Positions 1 to 11,680 of a stretch of 64,000 nucleotides of DNA are shown here, in pieces (position 1 is the first letter of the stretch; every line of letters starts with the position of its first letter). The notes below the pieces were generated by a model, which saw only the letters and a list, made by a program, of their open reading frames with translations, was not told where the DNA came from and searched no databases. Position numbers and translations under genes: made by a program. The DNA comes from Haliotis rubra (lineage: Eukaryota): positions 682,001-746,000 of the forward strand of contig NW_025766092.1 in NCBI RefSeq assembly GCF_003918875.1. The letters run 5' to 3'.

Positions 1-1189
1 TTTTCTATTAGTCTTCTTAAATACTTTAAGTAAGGTTATTTTCAATATTGATAAATTCAATCAATGACCGTGTACATTTGATCGAAAACAGGACAAGTCA
101 AACGTACTTTAAGAAAGATATTGAGAATCTTGACAGGAATAGAAGACTAATTAAAAAGTTAATCGTGTAAACATCATTTGTGTATTTATATCACTGTATT
201 CGACCTTACCAACATTAGAATGTTCTGTCATCATCTAGGATCATCAAAAATACACGAGCGCTCCCTAGCAGACACCCGGAAGTCGTCTGCGTGTATGTAA
301 GCTCCGATGCAGTACGTGATAGTTGATGGAACAAGGTATCACTGCGAAGAGCTTAGGGATTTTCTGAAAGAACCTTACGGTACATAAAATATATATCCCA
401 CGCCTTTACCAACCGACGATGAGACGATAGTTGTTCTTCTTTTCAAGTTATATGATTCAACATAATCGTTCATTGTTTCCAAAACAATGACATTACCTAC
501 ATAACAAGAAATTCCTCTCTAACTTCTGCAACTATTTTCCTCACAGCAAATGACGATCAAATATCAGAAGTCAAAAAGGCTATTTACATCTTCTGTAAAG
601 CTTACCTCCCTCTCGGAAATAAAATCGGATGGCATTAACCCATCATCATTTTTTTAAAAATAATCACCTTTCTCGTTATCTGACACCCTCGTTAATCTCC
701 AGGGTATAGGTTCTAGTGGAGATTTATCATAACTTATACCCTAGAGATTATCGAGGATGATTATCTGAACACAAAGTTATTTATTCGATGAGTGAGTATG
801 GGGACGTATGCCTCTTACCAGTCATGTTAGCCATGCACTGACGTGTGAACTTAAAACGAACTAAACTATAGAGTTTATGAGATCAGGCGTTTTCCACTTA
901 GTTAAACAAACGACCCCGTAAAAATCCGTGTTAAAACCAGTCTTCAGCAACCCATGATTTTACCAAGAAGAAACAAACGGAATCGGGTGGTCAGTCTTGC
1001 TGACTCGGTTGATGTATGCCATGTATCCCAGTAGTAGACGTTCATGGTGCACTGTACACTGGCCATGACTGGGTCATGTGGACCACCATCATATTGTTAG
1101 TGCAAAACAAAGTTTGTTTTTGTTTGTTTTTATTTTACTATTATATTTTTTTATAATTGATAATTTTTATTTCCTGCTTCCCCTGTTAC

Positions 1190-1900
1190 AGAAAAGGCAT
1201 TAGAGCCAGGGGACTCTAAGGTCCTTTGCAAGAAAACTTCATTGATAACAGGAAAAACTGGATTTTTTTCTAACAAAGCACAAAACAACAACACCAGACA
1301 CCACAACACATTCACTCACCAATCACACTTACAAGTTTCAAATATTTACAGTAAGTTTAAGTTCAAGTTCATTCAGCCTATATATTTTTTCATTAGGGAA
1401 CAAGAAGAAAGAATTCAGAAAGTCACTTAAAATTTGCAAAATCATGATATAACATCCACTTTTTATAAAACTTATCTTGTTCACTTTTACTGAAGGATAA
1501 TTTAGGCATAATGGAACGAAAGTCACTGAAGTTCTAGCTCATTCGGTAAGTCATTCTATTAATGAATCACATTCAAAATTCAAGAAGATCGACCCTTTTC
1601 TCTTCTCTTCTTTTTTAAAAGCTTTTAGCTTATTTATTAGCAGAAAAGAAACAACAAGTCCCGGGTAATTGCTCTAGATAGGTATCAGTGTCCCTTAATG
1701 GGTGAAAACCATTAGAAGATATCTACTCTCCTGAAGACTGATCATGAGATTAATGAAATATGATAACTGATTTTGTTTAACCCATTAGAACAGGCTTTTC
1801 AAGAGGTAACGTTTTTTTTTAACCTATTGTGCTATTATTGTTGTCAAAACAGTTTCCGTTAGTACTAGTATACTGATTTTGCAAATTCGTAAATGCGTTT
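1190..1900 (-). mobile_element. Probable decayed L1/Tx1-like LINE fragment
   Basis: Remnant FVPLCLNYPSVKVNKISFIKSGC resembles the post-RT PLWxN region, and a T-rich tract lies at the left end. Weak evidence. Confidence 0.35.
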
Positions 1901-2857
1901 GATCATCATTTTAATAATTAAACAAACTGACGAGTAAATAAGGTCTAGATAATTACCCGCTTCAGCACTAATGTACATGTATAAAGTAACAAAAATACTT
2001 CATATTTGTAGACTATGAAAGTAAACAGTTATCTCACGAGCCTCTGACCTTAGACTAAGATGCCAAATTTAATACTTTCTATTAAAGATAATTACGATTA
2101 ATTTAAGGCAGAAAACAAACGACGGTGTCGGTGACCTAAATTAAGAATCCTCGCACAGGGCTAACTGGCGCGCTGTTCTATTGGTGTGTCTGCCCCCTAC
2201 GTTAAGACGAACGTTACCAGAAAAAAACAAATGATAACAGTTTGATGACGGTTTACGTTCGGATTAAATATCTTCTCTGAATTATTTTAATTACATCTGT
2301 CATTAACGTAAACCATATGGGGCAATATGAACGTTGCATTTCTACTACCAGCGTAAGTTTAGATCAGTACATCCAGAGGAAGTTGAGTAGTCAAGCGACA
2401 TTCCACAATTGCATTGTGGGAATGTAAACATTACGAACGTTACCGTGTCGCTGAAAACTTGTGAGTCGAAATGACACATTTGAAACATAAACGTAATGTT
2501 TCCACCAGTGATGTTAGCTGCGTGAAGCAACAGCAAACCAGAAAACTGGATGCAACGGTGTAGTTTACTGTAGGAGGCCGTACGAGGCGATGACAACTGA
2601 CATGCATCGTGACGTCACTTACATTGTGACGTAATGTAAACTGGTTCGATTACGAGGGGCACACTAGAATGGCGCAGTGACGGGATAACGTCATTCAATT
2701 GTTACGTCATCAAAAAACTATACCTTTATTGTCTGATAATGTTTGTTTTTTTCGATTGTTCTAACCGTTAGGCATCTTAGAAAGCGCTTTAAAGCGTTAT
2801 TTAAATAACCACTAGGCTACACCACAGCACTCAAGTACTAGATATATTATACCCCTG

Positions 2858-5800
2858 TAGGCCAGGAGCATTAGACACAAACAATAGGTAACATTGGAAA
2901 AAAATAGTAGAAAGCTGAATTTTTCAGGAAAGCTTCAGAACATCATTGCCATGTACAAGATATAAAGTTCTGCAAATTCTACTTTGTGGCATTTTCAAAA
3001 TGGCCGCCAATTTCAAGATGGCCGCCAAAATCATTAAAATGATTATGCAAACAGATATTTTGTAAATAATTATGCCATGTGATATATCAAATGAAAGCTC
3101 ATCTCACAGGGATTCCAAATATATTGATATAATGCCTTGTGTCATTTTCAAAATGGCCGCCAATTTCAAAATGGCCACCATTGTCCCTAAAATAATCAAA
3201 ATAATCTCACGAAAATATTTCTTTTTAATTAACCATACCTTGTTATATATTAAAAGAAAGCCCTTCTCACAAGGAATCTAAACATATTACTTTTAACACC
3301 GCACATACATAAGACAATTAATTATGGCACGATAACCACACATTTTATGTTTATGCTTATGGTACCAGACGTCAAATATATATCCACTTACATTAACCGC
3401 AAGTATGAAAGCAGAGAGTTGATTGATATCCTGTTTCCTTTGCTGATGAATATAGAGAGGTCCGACGTTTGTATTATGCAATTCTTTCAGGCGACAATTT
3501 TTTTTATATTGAGGGTGAGCTTGTCAATTTCATATTTGACAATGCTGATATCAATGTTAGCACTACCACTGGCTTTGGTACGTAGCATGTTTTAGGTCGA
3601 AATGCATGTGTGAAGCCAGTCAGGAAAGAGCCCATCCAGATATCTAGACCTCGCTCCACTCAAATCATGACATCAACTGACGTAGCAGCTGAGGGCGCAA
3701 AGATCCCTGTCAAGGTATACTACAAACCTTCTACATCGGGCGTACAGTCTGTCAAGATTGGACCAACTAAACTACCCAAACGAACTGTGTCAGTTCTTCG
3801 CTTGACAAAATCTTTTGACAATCTATGGCTAGCAAGTTTTTCACTTGATATTCCACTCTCACAACGTCCATCATGGAGCAGATTTATGCAGTCAACTGTA
3901 ACTGGAGACAACAACGAAAGAAGCAAAATTCAGATTTTGCCATTTGTCAACCAGGACCGATGAAGGCCCGACACCATCTACTCTGCTCTAGCATTTGTAC
4001 AGTTGTTGGCTGAAAACCAACATCTTGGGATTTGTCCAGTAACATTTGACCAGCCCCTCTACATTAAAGCAGCAGAAATTGTGGAATCGGCACATCCACA
4101 GCTCAAAAGGGTTGTCCTTAAATTAGGACGATTTCATTTACATGAATACATGTCATACATGGGTTCAATTATATATGTGATGGGTGGAAGCGGCTTGAAA
4201 GATCTTTGGGCAACTGTTTACGCACCTAATTCTGTAATCCACATGCTGACAAGCCATGCTTATGCCTGTGCACTTCGAAGTCATCTGCTGTCATCTGCGG
4301 CTATCACGTCCATCCTAATGCAATCAAAAGATGTTCTTGATTCTTTGAATGTGGAAAAGCTTTGTACCGTACATGGCAGTTTGTTAGGTGGCAGATGCGA
4401 TATTGGCTCCCTTGACTCTCAAAACCTGGACAATATCCTACGGCTAGCTGAAACCGTTGATGATTTGAAAACTAACATCAAAGTCTCATAAAAAAGCAGG
4501 ACAGGTAGACTTTGGATAGACTATTAGGAACAAGTGTCATTGATTTAGCAGTTCATTCGCGCTGAGCGCACAGGAGACTGGAATCTACGTCTGCTGTCTG
4601 TCAGCAAGATGATTCCCTTATTCCATGTTGGTTGTCATCTTGCCAAATCTGCACGTCTGTATCTGGAAGAAATGAAAAACCTGAAGGACATTATGTCACC
4701 AGATCAGTTCAAGGCCTACACAGAATAAGGTCACTTCACCATCCACCATCCAACTGCCAAATTCTTGAGTGGCAACTTCACTGAACAAGTAATCGAGCAA
4801 GATCTGATGCTACTGCTGAAGATCTGTGGTGGCATGGCTCGTGGTATAACTGACAGCATATCTCGCCAAATGGGTCCATGCAATGCCTCAGTGCATACCA
4901 ATATGTGATGCTTTAGAGAGGTTCACAGGAGTGCACGGCCAAACATCTGAGCAACATGTTGACCTTCATTTATGTAACATCATGAGAGACAACAAGGACT
5001 ATGGAACATTCTTCCATTGGCTGAAAAATCATTCTCCTTTCTCCTATGAAGAGCATGAGTCGCTCATCTGCATAGCAAAGCAGTTCCTATAGGAATGAAG
5101 GCAGCTTCAGCAGTGACAGGTCAGATGTTTGCTGACATAAAGTTGAAGCCCAAAGATAAGGTGATAAGTATCAGTGAGGAAAAGAATCAAATCAAAATCA
5201 GAGGAGAGCCAGTCCAAGTAAACTGTGTGATGCTATTCATGTGAGTCACCTGTGTGATGGAGGATAAGTCAGAGATGAAGTTGTACCTACTTCATGAATT
5301 TGCAAAAGCAACCACCTGCCTTGTTTGACGAAATATGATGTGAAAGAATATGAAGAGTGCTCTGGCTAATCAACTGAAATCACAAGTCCAAGTCCACAAT
5401 GACCATCCAAAGGGAGCGCATTATGTCATTGACGGTGGCCACCTGCTACAAAGTTTGCCTTAGCCCACGGATGCTACATACAGACAGATATGTGATAGCT
5501 ATGTGTCATATGTGCTTTAACATTATGGTTCAGGTGTGTGATGGATATGGCAGTGCCTGTTCCACAAAATCTGCTCAGCCGAACATATCATCTTAAATCA
5601 TTTTTGAGCCAGACATGAAAGTAACAACTTCATCAAAACCTTTTCTGAGCAACAAGAAGAACAAAGGTCGATTCACAACATTATTGAAGGGAAGACTTGC
5701 CAGAGAAGATTTAGCTGTGCAACAGAGTCCTGCTGATGCTGACTGCTTGATTGCTTCAACTGCAATTAACAAGGCCAGAGACAACCAATCACCTGTTGTT

Positions 5801-7092
5801 GTTGTGGGGAACGACACGGACCTGTTGGTAATGTTGATTGCACAAGCCACAAATGACATGGATCTTTACAGAAAACCATGCCCAATATATGACAGCATCT
5901 GATGTTTGTTCATGCAATGACAGGCTGTGGTACAGCATCAGCCATCTACAATCAGGGGAAAAAGAAAGCTCTTGCTCTATTCCAGGAGAGGTCCAATTGG
6001 GATTGCTTGGATGTTTTCCTTCAATTTGGTAGTTCAAATGATGGCATTGCACAAGTTGGAGAGATGTTCATGCTTAAACTCTATGGAGCTGTGGACTCAA
6101 CATCACTGGACGAACAACATGTACTTCAAGTCCATTCATCGAGCCTCTGTGTCCTCTTCAGGTTTCAAACTGGAATCACTTCCCCCGACTTCAGCAGCAG
6201 CCAAATTCCACAGCTACCGTGTGTACCATACGGTTCAGCGATGGCAAGGGAAAAAGCTTTCACCAACAGAGTGGGGATGGCAATTCAAGCATGGGGCCCT
6301 TGTTCCTATTGAGACAGATAGAGCAATTGCTCCAGAGAAAGTGTTGAAGATGATATCTTGTGGATGCAAGTTTGAGTGCAGGAGACCATGCAGTTGTTGA
6401 AGAGCAGGAATTGCCAAAATGTACTGTATTGGAGAATGAGATGTTGTGATTGACAAAAAGACCTTCTGATACATCAATCAAAGAGTAGAAGATTACAGTG
6501 AGTTTCAAAATTTACTAACTAAAAATGATGACATTGATAATTGTACAAGTGATTTACCATCAATATGGTGACCACAGCTGTCTTGATTAACCAACCATGA
6601 GTAGCCATTTTGACGTCTGGTACCAAAAGCACAAGCATATAAGGTTATCAGGTGTATGTGCGGTGTTAAAAGTAATATATTTAGACTCCTTGTGAGAGGG
6701 CTTTCTTTTAATATATAACAAGGTATGGTTAATTAAAAAGAAATATTTTCGTGAGATTATTTTGATTATTTTAAGGACAATGGTGGCCATTTTGAAATTG
6801 GCGGCCATTTTGAAAATGACACAAGGCATTATATCAATATATTTGGAATCCCTGTGAGATGAGCTTTCATTTGATATAACACATGGCATAATTATTTACA
6901 AAATATCTGTTTGCATAATCATTTTAATGATTTTGGCGGCCATCTTGAAATTGGCGGCCATTTTGAAAATGCCACAAGGTAGAATTTGCAGAACTTTGTA
7001 TCTTGTACATGGCAATGATGTTCTGAAGCTTTCCTGAAAAATTCAGCTTTCTACTATTTTTTTCCAATGTCATGTCTAATGCTCCTGGCCTA
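2858..7092 (+). mobile_element. Academ-superfamily DNA transposon (XPG/PIN-nuclease type), defective
   Basis: Termini are TAGGCCAGGAGCATTAGACA...TGTCTAATGCTCCTGGCCTA. A 3-bp TSD, CTG, sits at 2855-2857 and 7093-7095. TIRs are ~480-520 bp (2858-~3376 and ~6610-7092). The internal decayed ORF has transposase-like motifs, XPG-like acidic motifs and a C-terminal Cys cluster. Confidence 0.88.
3610..6440 (+). pseudogene. Academ transposase/XPG nuclease, disrupted by many stops and frameshifts
   Basis: Fragments include VTFDQPLYIKA, LGRFH, AERTGDW, EQVIEQDLM, VIDGGHLL, ADADCLI, NDTDLLV, HAMTGCGT (H3TH-like), LPPTSAAAKFHSYRVY, PTEWGW and CGCKFECRRPCSC. Confidence 0.85.
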
Positions 7093-7422
7093 CTGATACT
7101 ATCGGACGGTATGAAGGAACCCGGAGTTTCACGTCAGTGCCTAATGGTCCCGTCCCATGACTACAAACAGTTACTGCCTACCGATGTTGAGTGACTGTCT
7201 TTTAACATATCCATAATTAATTTAATATCCGAAGCATATCTTCATTTTCATTGCCGATTCATTCAAACGAAAACGCTGGGCACTAAAGACTCTCATTAAG
7301 TCAGATACGCTCGTTTCACAAATGAAATAAACAGTTTAAACACTACTATCGGATGTAGATATACTATTCTCAACTTGAAACTAAAAGTTACTTATATCCC
7401 GCTGAGAGTGGAGGAGACTGCG

Positions 7423-8737
7423 ATGGAATTACCTCTTGTTCTAATTGTCGGGTGTTTCGGGATTGTGCGAAGTTGCCGTGATGTGGAATGGATAGTTCAA
7501 TCTTCCGTCAAGTGGACACTTGGTGGACAAGAACGTGTGTCTGATGTGTCCAAAACGTTACTCCAATGCTTTAGTGGCTTGTCAACCATCAGAAGGTTGT
7601 GCTGGGTTCATGAAGAACAGTCTTTGCAAGAAACTAAAGTCTCTCGTTGCAGCGATAGGGAGGAACAGGTTGTTCAAGAGAAGGTTATTCCTTTACAGAA
7701 AGACGTGGCCATACATAAAAAGGACATTATAACTTATAGTAATGTCACTGGATTAACCGTGAGTAAGCAGGTCCTGTTTGGTGGAGCGTCTACCTTAACG
7801 CCAATGACAAAAAAACAGAAACCCGAAGTTCATTGTCTGTCAAGAAAGAAACTGAAAAAATTGTTCCAAACATGCAGAAAAATAACGGTCCATCCTTATT
7901 TCATAAACTGCGTGAAATTACTCACATTAAAAAAAACTTTTTACTTTAACCCAAAGGAATGATCTTTTCATGTTCGATTCAAGAAAAAAACGTTTTGTCC
8001 GAACTGGATTTCAACTCAAGAAATTAGGGGAAATACAGAGAATAGCATTTGATATTAGAAGGTCGATTACCTTTTACACCCGCACGAGGCGTTATTCAGA
8101 GCATTTGTTTCAACATAGATTGCCTGAAAATCACCAGAAACTCCCTGTAAAAGGAAAAATGATAAATTTTCAGGTTGTTGCTGATTATCAGTTTCTGGTT
8201 ATAATGTCATCAACACGTCCTGGAGGTAAACTACTGACCTACAATTACAACAGCAGGAAGGTTGTTCCTTGGCTTGTGGAGAGAAGCTATACAGACGGTA
8301 ATATTATTGTCAGCTCTAAAGAGAAAGTTGTGTATTTTGCCTCTCTTGTACATTCAACAGGAAGGTATAATTTAAAAAAGGTAAAATTCACAGCAGCCGG
8401 CGAGAGAGAAAGTGATGGCATTGAAAAAATCCCTTTTGGTATATTTTGGCCTTATTTTGACATTTTTGGAGGAAACTTTTATTTGTTCAGTAAAGGTAGG
8501 CTGATGATTATGAAAAAGGTATCTAAAGCCCAGCGCATGATAAAACTGCCACAAGGTCAGGGAATTCAATGCCATGCCGGCATGGCCACAGAAAAGACAC
8601 TATTCGTTTTCTGCCCGGGGAATAGTTGTCCACGGTTTAATATCATGTGTGATATCTATATATACACCATCGACGGAAAGCACCCGAGAAGGATGAACCG
8701 TCCTATCGGAATGAGAGGACCAGTTTTCAGAATTTGA
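7423..8737 (+). pseudogene. Intronless orphan gene: signal peptide, PAN/apple-like Cys motif and a basic beta-rich domain; three frameshifts as assembled (~437 aa reconstructed)
   Basis: Hydrophobic leader MELPLVLIVGCFGIVRSC. Removing one T at ~7571 gives LLQCLVACQPSEGCAGFMKNSLC. Adding one A at ~7718 and removing one A at 7929-7936 joins ORFs 7375, 7520 and 7970 into one frame. Confidence 0.55.
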
Positions 8738-10269
8738 GCGAGTTCTACAAAATTCGTACTGAGCACCGAATTGTCCCTGCAGACTGAGGTGATTTTGGGG
8801 ACGGAGGAGAGCCGAAAGTGGACCAGTTTCTCCAAATCCTTTCTGGGAGATAGGAACGGTTCTTTTTTAAAGTGATAGAATAACCAAAGATCCGATCCAG
8901 ATACTTTTGTTCGGAAACGAATAGATTCAATGCTGCTATTACATTTTGACAATCCAAAAGAATTGTCTGTGAAATGTTTTGAATATTATTAAATCGTCTA
9001 TGACACTTTTGCTTTTGTTTGTTCAATGGAAATAAGTTTTAAGTTGCTGTATATCATGACTGAGACAGCATCATCCATCCATCCTTTGGTACTTTGGTCT
9101 TTGTCTAAAATTCATCTTTAGTGTCTGAGGGAATGAAATCATCAAAACTGACTGACTGGCTGAGTGTCATGGCGGGGACACCAGAAATCTTCACACATTG
9201 TACCCATGTGGGGATTCGATCCGGTTCTTCGGCGTGACGAGTCAACGCTTTAACCATTAGGCTATCCCACCGCCCCCCATGCTAAAACTATTGTGTGACC
9301 TAAATTGCAAGGTCATGTCAATATTCTGCCGGACTATATTGGTAAATTGATTATCATCAAGGATCTGCTTCCATGGGAATTATTGTGCTGGTAATAATAA
9401 ACCTCACCTTTTAGAAGACAATGCTACATCTTCACAATGCTTTGAAGTTTAAGGGTTACCATGACGTCACAATGAAATGACATCGCCAAGCCCAGAAACT
9501 GATTAGCTGTTATGTTCCCATTCATGACACTGGTTATTACTGTTTTGAATAATGACTTGGATGATAATTAGAATCTCTTCCTCGATATGATTTATATCAA
9601 GCCTCGGAGTTTGAAATCATATATTATTAAGCTACGAATGAATCACAAAACTGTGTGTTGTGATCGGTTGTACCTAGATCGGCACATGTTCGCAAAGCTG
9701 TGTACTGTGCACAAGTCCAACAGCTTTCCTGGCGACACTAGACGTTCTTAGTCTCCGGTCCTGAGACGAGAAGCAATAAATCGGGTGAATGAAACTTGGC
9801 TTCTTCGTGGAGCCACGCCGCCGCCAGAAACGTTGTGGTCTCCTACACATAAGGTCAAGGTCATTGCAGCTGTTGAACCTCCTCAGTTGCTGTCGCTGAA
9901 GGGGAAGTTGTGTGTACTGGTAGTACAGATGTGTACCCCAGGTAACGTACCCTACCGAATGATAATTAAACGGTACTAGCATCTGTATTGAAACTGGTTT
10001 TGAAAGAATAAATAAGTTGAATCCACAAGTGAACACTAATTGACACAACTAAATGCCTGGGACAAATTATGTGCCAAGATTCAACAGGTCTACAGCCCCA
10101 GCAGATGGATGCTGTTAAACCCATCATAGTAAGTGTTTCACATCGCACTGTGACCTTCAAAATGAAACTTCATCTGTTCACTCGATTGTCAAAATTTCAA
10201 AAATCCACAATTATGTTCTCTTCAACACATCAATACATACTTGTAACATCATCTTTCACTGTGAATGTA

Positions 10270-10812
10270 TAGTATATTCCGTTTGGCTCAAAAGCGGACC
10301 GATGAATTGCAATCTAACTCGAAAACTAATAAACATAAAATACTCAATGAAACGCTGATCATAATCAAAACATCAGACCAACTCTGTGATTTGTTTGCAG
10401 AATTTATGTTCTAAAATAAAAAAAGTTGTTTAACAAACTATCATTAAAAATTTGACACAGTTCACTATTTGTTACGAGGGAGGAGTGCAGAGAAAGGGAC
10501 AGCCAGGTGTTAGAGAAGCAAGTGCCGACGTTATTGATTCATTAACCTGTGATGTGCCGTCTCCATCCTTTCTCGCACACCTGGCTGTCCCTTTCTCTGC
10601 ACTCCTCCCTCATAACAAATAGTGAACTGTGTCGATATTTTAATGATAGTTTGGTAAACAACTTTTTTATTTTTAGGACATAAATTCTGCAAAAACCTCA
10701 CAGAGTTGGTCTGAGGTTTTGATTATGATCAGTGTTTCGTTGAGTATTTTATGTTTATTAGTTTTCGAGTTAGATTGCAATTCATCGGTCCGCTTTTGAG
10801 CCAAACGAACTA
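10270..10812. mobile_element. Foldback MITE: ~245-bp inverted arms with ~50-bp spacer
   Basis: cgtttggctcaaaagcggaccgatgaattgcaatc... at the left is mirrored at 10570-10812. Ends are TAG...CTA with TA on both flanks. Confidence 0.85.
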
Positions 10813-10885
10813 TACATGTGTGCTTCAATTCTTGGAACGATACAAAGATAATGCAAAGGTATACAAACCAATTACTATTCACATG

Positions 10886-10891
10886 TTTATT
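10886..10891 (-). promoter_or_regulatory. Candidate PPWD1 polyadenylation signal (AATAAA on minus strand)
   Basis: tttatt on the + strand about 790 nt downstream of the stop codon. Position is plausible but unverified. Confidence 0.35.
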
Positions 10892-11680
10892 TACAAATAC
10901 ATACAAATGTCATTGCTTCTTAACCAACAACGAATGTAGACATGTACTGACATGAAATGATACCATGATATGAGTGGCCATGACATAAGACTACATACTT
11001 TGGAGACAATATTATCACAATGGTTTCAATCATCTTCCAAAGACCATGGTGTCTTCTTCTGATGAACATCCTTAAAACAAAATGACCTTTTCAGTTTCTT
11101 GTCTGACCTTCAAATAGTTGAACATACTGACACCAGTTTTCCTTGAGAGTATAGGTCAGCACTAGTCCATCACCACACTTGGTTTTATGCTACTGGGAAC
11201 AGCCTTTCTGTCAGATATCACAGTACGCCAGCTTAATATGTGCGGAAATCCCGAAGTGATGCCCGTCTTAGACATTAGGTAAAACGGGGTAGTCTAGTGG
11301 TTAAAGTGTTCGCTCGTCACACGCCAAAGACCCCACATGATTCCCAATGTTGTGAAGCCCATTTCTGGTGTCCCCACCGGGATATTGCTGGAATATTGCT
11401 GGAATATTGCTAAAAAAGCGGCGTAAAACCATACTCACTCACTCACTCATTAGGTAAAACAATACACCTGAGTTATGGTGCTAAAACGGCAAAGCTTGGA
11501 TTCAAACCTATGGTCATAGATTACTGCCCTACCTAATATAACAAATACAGATAGACACGACCACCCATGACCTGACCATGAACCTTGACCTCTGCCATTC
11601 TCGCCATCCATTTATGTGTGTTCTATTTTCCATTCGGATAAGACTGAATAGTAAAAGATTGTTTGAGTCTACTCTTGGTT

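Noticed and set aside
9470-10050. Slightly GC-richer stretch with 64-124-aa ORFs
   Set aside because: No recognisable motif, splice structure or repeat termini; left unassigned.
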